Program-made: the position numbers and the translations under genes
Assembly (NCBI RefSeq): GCF_001194135.2
Contig: NC_068998.1
Span: 18,444,470 to 18,508,469 of the forward strand
DNA length: 64,000 bases
From: Octopus bimaculoides
Lineage: Eukaryota
Direction: 5' to 3'
Part shown: positions 12,475 to 26,346 of the stretch, one piece after another
Numbering within the stretch: the first letter of the stretch is position 1
How the letters are laid out: the number at the start of each line of letters is the position of its first letter
Notes under the pieces: model-generated
Databases searched by the model: none
What the model was told of the DNA's origin: nothing
What the model saw: the letters and a program-made list of their open reading frames with translations, nothing else

Positions 12475-13218
12475 ATGATGAATTTGACTAATGCTTCGGC
12501 TGTTTCCGAAGCTAATGATTATCAGTCAATTAGGAGTACCATGAACCAACAGCAACACCGAACGCAATCTTTTACAGCTGTATTAGTCTTAACAAGCCTT
12601 TTCGCTTTATTTACTGTAAGCGTTACAGGGGCAATCATTGTGTTTTGTAAGAAGAAAAACACAGTGTTTGCCTTGCAGAAATGTGAACAGGATTCAGATA
12701 TCGACTGTGAATTGGATGATTTCAACACCGAAATAGAAATCAGTGATGATAGTACGGATGACTATTTGGTTCCAATGTCAAAGCGATCTGCAACTTATCC
12801 TAACTTGGAAATTGTTTGCAACAGGAACTACAGACCACATGATAATATTGAAACCATCAAACAAAAAGATACAACTAATGTGTCCAGACACATTCCACGG
12901 GCACATACATTTTCATTTGAATGCTATGAATACACTCCGATAAAACTTAGCACTACAAACAAAGACAACAAAAAGAAAGAAGGTGAAAAGCAAGTGATAA
13001 AAGTACAGAAAAATCAAAAGTCCAAAACAGTTTATCACCAACTGAAAACTTCAAGTAAAGAGTGCTTGTCACCAGAAAATCCAGGAGATGGAAATGACAG
13101 CAAGTGTTTAGGTTATTCTGTGAATAAGGAGAATTGGAAAACTTCACCAGAAAATGATGTAGGCATGGCAGACCCTTTTATAGTTGATAAAGCTATGTTA
13201 TTACAACAAAGTCAATAA
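12475..13218 (+). CDS. Uncharacterised 247-aa single-pass membrane protein with uninterrupted ORF, antisense to CEP78
   Basis: Longest gap-free ORF in the window, not repeat-derived. In-frame TAA at 12436-12438 upstream. Hydrophobic segment about aa 33-57 followed by CKKK, then an acidic Tyr-containing tail. AATAAA at 13214-13219 and 13435-13440. Confidence 0.75.
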   Translation: MMNLTNASAVSEANDYQSIRSTMNQQQHRTQSFTAVLVLTSLFALFTVSVTGAIIVFCKKKNTVFALQKCEQDSDIDCELDDFNTEIEISDDSTDDYLVPMSKRSATYPNLEIVCNRNYRPHDNIETIKQKDTTNVSRHIPRAHTFSFECYEYTPIKLSTTNKDNKKKEGEKQVIKVQKNQKSKTVYHQLKTSSKECLSPENPGDGNDSKCLGYSVNKENWKTSPENDVGMADPFIVDKAMLLQQSQ

Positions 13219-13291
13219 AACCTTGCAAACAATTGTTCTCAGACACACACTCATACTTCAGTGTGTGTGTGTGTATGTGTGTGTGTGTGTA

Positions 13292-13322
<31 letters not shown>

Positions 13323-16300
13323 ATGTGTTCGTGCACAGGTATACAGTTCTACTGTTCCTCATAGCCATGCCATCTTTCACGTTGAGAAGAGATCTCTGGA
13401 GGTTAAGTCTGAACTCTTACTCTCAGGAACAGCCAATAAATGATGCATATGATGTGAAATGATGCCAAATGTGCCAGTGGATTTCTTCATATCATTTTGA
13501 AACAATAAACTCATAGAATACAAAAAGTCAATACAAAATTAAGGTAGTTAAAATTCTACTTAAATACAAATTATTTAGAACATTTTATTTTATTTTTAAT
13601 TAACAAAATGTTCAAGGAAGAGAGACAAGACACAGAGATGAATGAACAAACATAAAAATTAGAGAAAATTGGATGCAGTCAATAGCCATTACAAGTACAA
13701 AATGATAAAAAAAAAAGACCAAAAACAAAACACAGAAACACTAATCATGAAAAGTGAAGCAATTCAAAATAAAGAATAATCAATAATGGAGAAATTTTCC
13801 TAGAGAAAATGAAATACTAAAAAAAAAATAAAAAAGAAACAGTTAATTAAGAATTTCATTATGAATTTGCTATTAAAATTTGCAACAGTGTGAAACAATG
13901 ATCCATTTGATGCTCTGATGAGATATTTTGATGTGAGATTTCATTAAAACCAACAAGGCAGATGGGAACATGTTTAAAGATAGATTAATAAAATAGTATG
14001 CAGGTTAACTAATATAGTGAGAAATTTAGAGTTAAGAGCCTGATTTAACAAGAGTTCTATTCATGTTCATGATTTATGATTATTTTATTTTATTTATTTA
14101 TCTACTCTTTGCTTGCTAAATTGTTTCAATTCAATTTAGTTGTGAGCAACAGTAAATGATAGATGACAAATAGCTGTGTGATTAAAGTACACATGGAAGA
14201 AGTAAAGATAACAAAAAATTCCAAACAAAACAAAGCCTCAAAACTGAAGAAGTTGAACAATAATGTGTGTTTTAAATGCAAAGACATTTCAGGAAATGAA
14301 CCATGTATGAAGTCAGAAGGCTTTGTTAATTATGTCTACAAGAATAATAGGAAAGGTCAACACAATTGCTATAAACAAGGAAGATATAAATGAAAAAAAA
14401 TAAAATGTAGAATGGTTAATACTCATTGAACTAAATTGATTTTAACGCTTACAACTGAATAACTTTTCCCATAAAACTATATGCTGTTTTTACAACAATG
14501 TCTACAATACTGTAGTAGCGATAAACAAAGGAAAACAAGCCAGATTTGAAGTTGATCAAAGAAATGGTCAACTGAGCATGAAGTGAGAACTGAAAAGCTT
14601 GAAAGAATTGTGTCAAAAACAAGACTATTAAATGAAATGAGGTGTGAGTTTGGGTCAGAGAAATAAAAGTTAAAACTGAAGACATGATACTCTAAAATAA
14701 AAACAGCTAATGTTAAAGTATATTAAAGAAAAACTGAAGATGTTATATTGCTTTTTTCAAGAGAATATCAGTCTACAATCAAATACCAAAACTGCGTTCT
14801 TTAAAGAATTACAAAAACAAAGATGGAAATTTCAACCTCTCAATCTATCCATATAAATTATGAATATTTTTGCCTCTAAACAATTTGTTTCGCATTATTT
14901 GTACAAATCCAAGGAAGTTCACCATTACTCTAGAAATTTTAATAACCAATGTTTTGCAGTGAAGAAATTTACCTTCCATCTTACTAATTATGAAAGAAAA
15001 TATTTCAAGTAATTATATTTTGGGATTTTTTACTTTCTTTTTGAAGCTGCTGTTTCCATAAAAAAAAACACCCTAAACATCTGGTATTAAAGTGTTTTCA
15101 TTATAGAAACAAAAGATCTGGTGACTGGCAGAGCTATTTCCCTCGTCAAAGGAAAAAATATTGAGAAATTGCATTATCCAATATGAAAACATATTTCAAA
15201 ACATTATAATTATTAATGATTTAATATCATTAAATTATTAATATCAAATTATTACTATTATCTAATTATTATAATAATAGTTTAAAAAATTTAGAAGAAA
15301 GACATGGCAAGAAATCATAATAAAATGTTGTGTCAATTGAATCAGTCTTAATTCAATCCTAGACAACAGAAAGATTTGACTGTTAACACTTTGTTAGCTG
15401 ATCATGAAAGATAATGTGCTTAATTCAATAATACAGAAAGGTTTCAAGACAACGGAAGTAACTGGTTGTTGTATAAATGAAGGGTAATAATATTTTCTTA
15501 AGAAATAGGATATTTTCTAATTACTTTTAACCATTAGCTCTGATGAACAGATATAAAATGTTTCAATTGAGAATATGCATAAGACTTTTTTTTATTTCTT
15601 TAACTATGTTTTAACATTATAGAGTTGCAGCTTGTTAAATCAAATAGGATGACAGGCTGCTAGTCAAAGTGACTATAGTTCATACCCCATCAATGACACT
15701 GTACTGTGCCCATATGAAAGGAACTCTTAACCTAACTGTGATTAGGTAACTTGGGCAATCAACTGACTGGTCTAAGCAGCAAGGGCTCTGGCATCATTGC
15801 CAAGTACTTTGTTAGCTTGCAGTGCTGAATTCAAACTTTCTCGTGAATGTTGCTTGGAGAGGGATGTGCAGTTATACCAGGTTGACTTGCCATAAATACA
15901 CAACATAAATACAAATGTTTCAAGCAGTGCCTCTTTAACCCAACAACTTATGGGATTCAACATATAATTTACAAATTCTCTATTTACAAATCAATAACAT
16001 TTCTTTTGTTTACAAATGTACTAATATTTTTTGGCTCTCATTGGAATCATCAGCAACAACAGCATTTTATGTCTGCTTTTCCATGCTGGCATGGATTGGA
16101 TGGATTTTTCTGAAGAAGTGCTTCACAACCAGATACTCTTCCTGCTATTAATCCTGTTAGTCACTGCTAATGACAGCAGTAATGCAGTGTACCTATTGTA
16201 AAACTAGGATGTACATGGTAAAATTTAAATATATATATTGTCTACTTGCCTAAGATATTCAGCATGGAGATAAATGCTTCAAGTCCCAAAAGCATATGGC

Positions 16301-16414
16301 ACAATGTTATTGTACAATTATCATTTCTTTATTGCCAGTCATAAGGACAACATTTATCAGAAATACACTAATATATTTTAGCTCTCATAGGAAATATTTG
16401 AAGATGTGTGTGTG

Positions 16415-16471
<57 letters not shown>

Positions 16472-18428
16472 TTTGCACAACTTTGTTAAGTCCAATTCTC
16501 AGATTACAAATGTTTAGCAAATAGGGTTTTCAATTCATTTTATTTATATTTTTAAAAATTAATAATAATAATAAAGTGATATTAATATAGGGCAAGTTAA
16601 AGAAAAAAAGAAAAAAACAGACTAAATACCTTACAATAAATATATATATGTTCTTCCCTTTACATCCTTAAGATAAAATCTCATGAGGGTTGAAATTAGA
16701 CTTTCATTCTACCAGGATTAACACAATAAGTGCTCATCATGAATTAGGGATCATCAATTTAATTATCCAAATTTAATTATCCAAATCCTTCTCCATCTTT
16801 TTGGCTTTGTACTAATGTAAAAAAAAAACCCTTTGTGTTATCTTAAAGAAGTTGACAGAAATGGTAAATCAGTAAAACTTAGTATTTCATTTTGTCTTTG
16901 TACATCTTGAAATCAAATTCTAGCAACAAATGACATTGCCTTTCATCTCTCCAAGATTAATAAGTACCGATAATATACGGGGAGTCAATTAAATTTAGCA
17001 ACATATTTAATCTGGAAAAAAGAAAAAGAAGAAAACCAAACTGGCCTTGAGTCTAGTCAAAAGAAATCAATACTGAGCTGACTAACATTGCCTACTTAGA
17101 CAAGTAATGAGTAAAGAGTATAAAATTATTCAATTCATATTCTCACAAGATTTTTCTGAACTATTTACTTCATTGAAACTGTGATCTGAAAATTATGATT
17201 TTTGCCAGTTCTTGGAATAATAACATTCAACAGATTGCTGATGAAAATATTTAATTATCTTTGACAATTGCAGTGGTGACACGTTACCGAAAAAAAAAAA
17301 AAAAAAAAAAATTCAAATTTAAAATTTAATGATGGCATTTGGATGGCAACAACATTTTTTCCCATGAAAATTTCATCAAAAATTTTAAAGAAATTAAATT
17401 TCCTTTACTTTTCTATAATGAATGTATCTGTTATTTTTTCTAATTTTTATGTTTTCCATTATATAATATTTTTCTTTTTCATCCAAGGTTTATCAATATT
17501 CACATAACAAAACAAGAATCACAAATATTTAAATACCAAGTCAACCTAGATTGAGCAGATCTGTGATCAAAGGCATTCTAGCCATGACTACTCTGTCATT
17601 TTAGGAGTATCTAATGTATCCTTTCCCTTTTAAGATTGTAAGGTGTGGTATAAGAGAGATTTAGTATGCTTAGCAATCATATAGAGTTTCTCTGAAGCTT
17701 TATATGTTTTTAATTTCGTTTAATAATAGAAAATCTCCACAAACTATTTATATTAGCCCATAGCACTTAGTGACCTAGAGAAAATAAAAAGCATAAAGTA
17801 GCAGATAACCTAAACAGACTGTGATTTTCACTTACTATAAGGATTTTGGTAAGACATACAAAGAATCTTATAGGGATCTTCTCAGAGATAAAACCAACTC
17901 AAATGATAAATAAAAACAATATATTTTTGCATACATAATTTCTCATGGGTGCTTATGGAAAGAACTACAAGGATAAAGTAGGATTACTTCTGGGTGCGGG
18001 CATAGAAAGGTAGTGCAAAAATCTAATCAATCTATCAGTGGAGAATTAAAGGTGTCAAGATTGATAGAAATTCTATGAAGCAAAAATTTAAATCATATGT
18101 CATAATTACATGACATTTCCATTATAGACAAACAAAGAATGATCAAAGATAAAAGTAAAGAATAGCTAAGTGAGAATTTGATTAATCTAGCTAAATATGG
18201 CTGCCTGTACTAGAATAAGTTTAAATATCATTAAAAACTAAACTATCAAACATAACATAAGGAGGGAAGGAAATATTATTTGCTCAGGAAAAGGGGATGT
18301 TATTTACAGCAGGTCATTTCCAAAAGCATTAACAATGTAAGTGAAGTTTGAAAAACCAAATTTAGCACTTCAGTTTAGTGTCAATGAGAACCTACTGCTA
18401 CAACACAACACCTACTAGAAAAAGAGAA

Positions 18429-18460
<32 letters not shown>

Positions 18461-21400
18461 AAATACTCTAGTCTGGAACTAAACCAATTATCTGTCTTTA
18501 ACAGAGCTAGAATAAGAGCTCTACACTGACTTGTTACCAATCTTAATATTTAAGAGCTATTTAGTCTCATTATGGTATCATAACAATATATTTTCTCCAA
18601 AAGACATCTTATGAATGTAATCAGTTACTTAAAGTATCAAGAAAACTACAGATGCAACAGTATTAGGAGAGATCAAGAGAAAATAGTTACAGTTCTGCAG
18701 TAGTTTTTTTCTATTTCATAATACTATCCTTCAAGTTTAATGTTTTTTTTTTTTTTCAGTTAGATAAACTAGTCGCTTAATCATGATGTAAGAGTAAGAT
18801 GAGATGATTGAGTCAAACAGAATAAATTACCTTTTGTTCAATTAACTCCTCAGAGCTACATTGGAGTGCTGCTCGCAAAAATAGGACAGTCAGGCTACCA
18901 CACATGCAGATTCCAGGTTGCATAAAAGACCTTCCAGATTATTGGCAAAAACTCGTTCATTAACACATTACAACCACCAGCTCATAGGTGTTATTTCCTC
19001 TCTCTCTCTACTACAATGGCCTCTGTTCCACTGAGCTAGCTATACTCTATCCTCATAGAAACACACAACATGACTCTCGTCCTCTTACCACCCCTACTTT
19101 ATCTCACTCCTCCCCAGAATATTCTAAAAACAACCCCCTCTGTTTTCAATAAGCCCTGCCACTCTTCATCATCTTTATGATGAAACTTATAGAAAACTAT
19201 CCATGTACATTGGGTCTATTTCTAGTACCACAAACACTGGGCTATCACATGAATACATACAGAATGAACCCCAATGATGGCAAGTCAGATATAGCAAGTT
19301 ATTGATATGAGTCTGAGACCTTCTTTCAGTTTCACATGATGCCAAGGAAGGGGACAGTAATACTCATTCTCTCTCTCTCTCTCAAACACACACACACACA
19401 TACATTCAATGACATTCTTTTAGTCTCCATCTATAAAATCCACCCACAAGGCTTTGGTCGGTCTGGGGCTGGAGTAGAAGATACTTGCTCAAAATACCAT
19501 GCATTGAGATTGACCCTGCAACCGTGTAGTTGGAATGCAAACTTCTAACCACACAGCCATGCTTGCACCTAATTATATAAAACATAAATGCAAAACATTA
19601 AAGATATTTCTATATTGGTGCATAAAAATTTTTCCAGACTCCATGTTGTTTATCTTGCTCGTCTACCTATCCAGTTCATATCACAAAAAAGGATTCTATA
19701 ATTCACGCATCACAACAACTAAAATAAACTTTTTGAAATAGTTATTTCTCTCTCTCTCTCTCTCTCTCTCTCCTTCAATCATGTAAAAATATTCACATGC
19801 TGCAGCAAAAGATTACTCAACTTATTGAAGAAATATCGATATTTTTTTTTTCTCTCTTGACAAACAGATATGGCTGACTATAAAATAAACAGCACATTCA
19901 TGAATAACTCCAGTTTTATCAGAAAATATAAATTAGTAGATTATTATTGATGAATTGAAAATATTTTTCCAAAAAGAAAACCTCCACAAAATAAAAAAGA
20001 ACCAACTTTTTATGCAGAACAGCTTGCATTTTTTTGTTCTTTTTAGATATGTATGTATGTATGTGTTGAGAAAGAAATATTTCTGATTCTTTTTGTTTGT
20101 TTTTTTTTTCTTTTTTTTTTCAACTGTTTCTTCCAGCAGTCTTGTTGAACAGAAACTTCCATTGTTCTGGTAGTGTGGAAGAAATATCGATTTATTAGGC
20201 CATTGAGAAGTAGGTTACACTATTGGCTCCTATTTACATATAGATATTACTGCTTTTTGATGTGTTTTAAACATATAGGTCTAGAAATATTGCAGATCAA
20301 AATGGATAAGAGGAAAAAAAAGCAAAAGCAAACATAACAAGCAATAGATACTAAATCTTCCTATTTAAAGAAAAATAATATCCAAGTACATGCTGACAAT
20401 CTGGTAGGCACATGAATGACTATGCTTTGTTGAGGACTAATAAGACTGAAACATGTCTGGAGTTGTCACCATGTATCCCACAGATCAAATTATTCTTCCC
20501 CTTTAACTGCCTATTTTTAATAGTGATTCATTGACACTTCAATGTACCCCATCAAAAGGGAGATTCATCTTCCACCAGCTTAACATTCATAAAATTAGTG
20601 AAGTATCAGTCCTATAGATTTTTGTGTTAGGAATGTATTAGCGATGAAACCAGGACCAATGACCAGGCCATCCTTTTTACAGGACACAGTACAAAGATTT
20701 AACACTAAAAATACATGGCTCCTATTTTAACAATAAAGTGTTTGTTGCAGAGGAAAATTTAAATGACAACTGGGACCTGTGCTGAAAGACCATATCACTA
20801 TAACCTTTCTTGGTAGGTCATGTATGCATTAATTTTTCTTCTCAGTGAAAAGAAGTGACAGGTGATCAAGATGTAGAAAATAAAACATTATGTTAAAATA
20901 ATGAACAGTGTCTTTGATTATGACCCCAGACAGAAAGAATCTTAGAAACCCTGACATAATTTCAAAACCACAAGCAACAGAGCAAGAAAAAAGTTAAAAT
21001 TGACAGGAAGAATAAAAATTCCAACTTGAACTAATTTCTTTTAATGTGAATGTGATATTTTTGTCAGTGCACAATTTTCTAGTTTATTCCTCTACTTAGA
21101 CAAATATAAGAAATCTTTAAGTAGTACTACCACATCAGAAGTTTGACCAGTGAAGTTGCTGGCCAACAATCTAGCTACTAATAAGCCATTTAGTTCAATT
21201 TAGCCTAAACTGTAAACTTATAAATTTCCTAAACAAAAGTTGTCCTCCACAATGCAACTGCCCTAAATAATCAGTTTATTTCATCCTATACATGCCTAAG
21301 TATTGTGAAATGGCAGTAAACTCACTTTGGGTAGAGTCTGTGATCCAATTTTAATACCTGCTCGGAGCTTATTCCCTTGGTATACACTGTGAGTGTCTTT

Positions 21401-22914
21401 AGTTAATAAAAGGCGTGATGATTAAATCATCCCATCCTTACTATGAAACTGCTGTTCTCTTGTGCAATATACTGCACAAAATTGAATTTCATTAGGCTTT
21501 ATCTATGACACGTTTAATATAGGTAAAAGTATTCAGAATGATCTGATGTCACAGTGGGTTACATTCATGGGAAATATTAGGAAATTTCTTACAGATGGTG
21601 ACTGGGTGCAAGAATGGTAGTCAGATGAAAAAAAGGAAGATGTTTAGAACTAGAGACAAGTTTTCACTTGTATGAACCATAGAAATAGCTGTGTTTTAAA
21701 GAAATAAATTTTACGTATGCCAAAGAGATAACCATGTTAGAAGAGACATATTGCTAATGGATAATTGATGCTGTAAATTAAGTAAATGCAATCAAAGAAA
21801 GATTTGGTTTAAAGTACCGATTGGAGTCATTAAAGCTTATTGCACCGAATGAGATGATGCAAAATCAAAATGCTTTGGGGAGAGTGTTTCTCAAACCCAA
21901 AACCAAATGTTACATCGGTGGCAGTTGGAGGAGGAGATAGAGGGGGGAAAAGCAAAAGGAATTGAAAAGTAATATAAGCAGAATTCATCTCTCCAGCAGT
22001 AATGTTCAACAGTAACATCCATATAATTAACATAATAATGTACTAGTTTGTTAAAATGATATCCACAACAATACAAACATATGATGCAAGTAAGTAAACA
22101 GTTTCATGATTGGAGCCACCAAGGTTCTCCGAAAATATTGTTGCTAATGATGGCATTATTTTAAAATTCAGAGACAGCTCAAAATTTTTCTTGATAATGT
22201 AAAATTATTTGCTAGAAATATGCTCAGAAAATCAACATATTGGTTACACTTCATTTACTTTGGAAATTGCTATATAGACTATGATGAACATTATAACAAA
22301 GCAAATGAATAAATCACTTGAAATAACTGATCGTACAAAAGCTGAACAAGATTATTAGTCAATATCTAATCAAAATCATTAATTTAAGTGTCCCATGAAG
22401 AGAATTAAACTAATATTTATAGTAATGCCTTCAAACACAACTTCACTTACCCAATAATGTTTCAACAGAACTATTTTGATATTTTGAACTTTTGAACAAA
22501 ATAAATCATTTCATAACAGAAAACATCAATATTAGGTTTTTCAAAGTAGAGGGGGGAAAATCTGTGATAATTAGAACCCTTTTAGTGATGTTGCAGTCAA
22601 TATTGTAAAATTATGTTTTGTGTGTACACGCCTCTCAACACAATTACTACACATACAGATACACAAACAATCATGCATCTATATAAAGACTATAAGAGAG
22701 CAATAATATCAAAATCATCATTCATTGGCTGACAATAATTGATTGATACTGTACATCCTTCAGAATTATCAAGCAGATTTTATTCCTCTCATTTCACTAG
22801 ACATCTGTCATCACAACTTGACTTTTTACAGTGCTATGCAGCATCTTTCTACAAATGAACACATCATATCAGCTGACTTTTAGTATTTAAAATCTGCATG
22901 CCTCTATAACGACG

Positions 22915-23350
22915 CATCATCATCATCATTTAATATCCACTTTCCAAGCTGGGCATGGCATAGACAGTTTCACAGGAGCTGGTCAGGCTCCATGTCTGTT
23001 TTGACATGGTTTCTACTGCCGGATGCTCTACCTAACGCCAACTACTTTACAGAGTGTACTCTCTGCTTGTACACACAGTGCGCATTGACGTGGCACTGGC
23101 ATGGGTGCTTTTTTATGTGGCACCAGCACCCACAAGCCTGCAAGATTAGGATTTCTCAGCTGAAGAGGGATGCAGGGGACATGCCTATATGCAAGAACAA
23201 CCATGATTTTACTTAGCTTGACAGTCTTCTCAAGCACAGCAAACTACCAGAAGTTTTGATCCCATGTCATCTCCTCTGTGAGGCCTAATGTCTTGTGATC
23301 CTTTCTCACCACTTCGTCCCACGTCTTCCTGGGTCTACCCCTTCCACATG
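22915..23350 (-). mobile_element. RTE-clade LINE 3' end (ORF end, 3'UTR, family C tail, (GAT)n)
   Basis: Minus-strand RGRPRKTWDEVVRKD, followed downstream by the ggatgc(t)ct(a)cctaacgccaac tail motif and a (GAT)n tail. Confidence 0.75.
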
Positions 23351-24417
23351 TTCCCTCTTCAATTAGAGATTGGCCTCTATGAAGGCACATTACTATCAAT
23401 CAGAATAAAGATGCAAATTATTGATGGAAAACAACAATGGAATGTTATGGGGGGAAAATATGGATTAAAATTTAGGGATTCTTCTTCACCATTAATACCA
23501 CTACCACCATCATCATTATCTTTGAGCATTTTGCATACTTAACTTTGAATTCAGCACCCCACAAACATGTATGCAGTGCACTTCCATATAGTTTCCATCC
23601 ACCAAATTCAACACACAAGTTTTGTAGTATTATCAAAAGTAATTCAAATATACAGTTCCATAAATTTTTTCTTCACTGTAGTAAATTTTTACCAGATGAA
23701 AAAGATTTGAATTTTTTCTTTACTAAGCTTAGAGTTAGGAAAATTTGAAGAATTTATTCATTGTTCCATTTCCCTCCTCAGACATTCTGGGAGCTTCTAA
23801 TTTTTTCCCAATAGTTAAAGAAATCTTTCAGTTACAACATCCATGTGAAGAAAATGCATTAAAAACTATTTTGCTTAAATATATTTTGACTCTTTTTCAC
23901 TCCATATTTTGGGATATTGTTAGAAAGTATTTCAATTCAACTGATTTTATTTTTTGTGTTTTTAAATAAGCAGATTTTTGTGTTGAACTATTCTTGCAAG
24001 TTGGTTTGAAGAATTCTTTTCTATTTTTTAATTGATAAAATTAGTATGTTATGAGAGAAGAGAATACAGGAATGCTTCAACTTAATGATTCAGTTGGTTC
24101 CAAATATCTAATTGTTAAGTGAGACGGGCTAATTCACAGAGAAATAATGTTATAAGCAGAGATTACATTCTTCCTAATGAGATTTGAGAAATTTTCGAAA
24201 GTGTTAAATAAGAAGTAATAAAACATAAACTTAGGCATAGCCAATGATTTGACTGCATAAACCATTTGCAAATAATAAACAATAAAAAAACTCTAGTTTT
24301 GTAAACATCACTCAATGTTTCTTTGCTGCTGGTTTTGGAGTTATCATTCAATATGACTTTGTTGCACATATTTCATTCACTTGAAATAGGAATCACTTTT
24401 TTTTTTTTTGCATAAAT

Positions 24418-24721
24418 GTGTCAAGATTGCTGAACGTGGAGAATAAATGGGAGGAGGAAAGTCTGCCAAAGGTTGATCCATTTGAGGGACCAGCTATCCG
24501 AATCAACAGTATCCTGACAGATAAAGCAATCAAAGATATGAAAACAGAGAAAGCCCTCGGCCCCACAGGAATCACCACTGAGATACTTAAAATATCGGGC
24601 AGTGTTGGTTATGGTCTAGTCTCCCACATCATAAATCAGTTAGTTCATGAAGGAGTCATACCCAATGTGGCAGCACCATAGTTAACTGCTACAAAGGTAA
24701 AAGTGATGTTTTAGACAGAAA
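24418..24721 (+). mobile_element. RTE-clade LINE reverse transcriptase N-terminal fragment
   Basis: KAIKDMKTEKALGPTGITTEILK...IVNCYKGKSDVLDRN resembles RTE KAPGPDGI..E.LK...YKGKGD. Confidence 0.8.
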
Positions 24722-25654
24722 TGATGATGATGATGTGTCAAGTGTTCCTTATTTCTACAACAGTCTTATTCTTTTCTTTGTAAGTTTTATGGTAGTAGAC
24801 AGAAGATAATTACACCTGCAGCAACTTTTCTACTTCATTTGAAAATCTGTCTCAACCGCTTTGTGAACATGTGAAAAGACTTTGTCAAGCACTTTGAGAG
24901 CAAAAGAATAAATAGTTTCTATTGTTAGATTTTAAAAAAATTTTCATAGTTCAGTTTAAAATTCAGACATAAACATGGCTACATGGTTAAAAAGTTAGCT
25001 TTACAACCATGTGGTTTTGGGTTCAGACCCACATATGATGCCTTATGCAAGTGGCTTCTACTATAGCCCTGGAGTGACCAAATTATTATGAGCGGATTTG
25101 GCAGACAGAAACTGAAAGATGCAGTTTGTATGCACACACACATACATACACATGCATGCACACATACAGGGTGATTCGTAGCAACCCTACAGGATGAAAA
25201 ACAAAATTTGTGGAAGGAGAGATGAATCCAGAGGAATCAATGGCCATCCAATAATATATACATCTTCACATAAAATATGCATGTATGTTTAGTGATCTGT
25301 TTTCATTTATTCAAATGAAGCATGCAAGAAATAAGTAACCTTCATCTCCACAACTTCAAAGATGGCAGCAGCAAGCTGTTGGGACCAACTGGTGCAGGTG
25401 GCAACATGCTGTTATGATGGGCTAGAAGTCATGATGCAGAGCAAGCAGTTATGTTTTATGGCCTGGACACACAAACAAGTCAGTTGGTACAGCAAAGTGC
25501 AGAGATTCACTTCAGCCACTAGGAAATCTCTTGCATTCTTATACAAGTTCAGTTGCCATGTCTTTGTCTTGCCACTGAGAATATTGTGTGAGAACAAAAG
25601 AGTGAGTTTGGTGGCTGCACAGCTCTTTCTCATTAAAAAAAATAATAATAAAAC

Positions 25655-26308
25655 CTTGTGATTAAGAAGCTTACTTTGCAACCACAAGGTTTTGGGTTCG
25701 ATACCACTGCACAGTACCTCAGACAAGCATCTTCTACTATAGCTCCAGACTGATCAATATCTTGTAAGTGAATCTGGTGGACAGAAATTGTGTGGAAGCC
25801 CATCATATAAGTGCATGCATGCATGCATGCATGTATGTGTATGTGTGTCTTTGTGTTGGTGTTTGTATTTATATCCCACTATTTGACAACCAGTGTTGGT
25901 TTGTTTACATCCATGTAACTTAGCAGTTTGGCAACAGAGACCAATGGAATAGGTTCCAGACTTTAAAAAAGTAAATACTGAGGTTGATTTGTTTAAATAA
26001 AGCCCTTCAAGGCAGAGCCCCAGCATGGCCATAGTCTAATGACTGAAACAAGCATCTTAACCACACAGCCATGCATACACCCACTATTTTATCTTTTATA
26101 TCTTATACTCGTTTCAGTCATTAGGCTGTGGCCATGCTGGGGCACAACCTTGAGGAATTTTAGTCGAACTAATGGATCCTAGTACTTATTTTCTTAAACC
26201 TGGTACTTATTCTATCAGTCCCTTTCTCCAAACTGTAAAGTTACAGGGACATAAACACACCCATGTCAATTGCCAAGCAGTGGTGGGGGACAAACACAGA
26301 CACCAAAA

Positions 26309-26346
<38 letters not shown>

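Noticed and set aside
15772-15963. ORF ending LQANKVLGNDARALAA, vaguely like the CEP78 LRR NTLIGDLGACAFA
   Set aside because: Ends in a stop, has no suitable splice sites, and similarity is weak.
18851-18960. Minus-strand open frame ending at an AAG|gtaatt donor-like site
   Set aside because: No clear acceptor and no similarity to CEP78.
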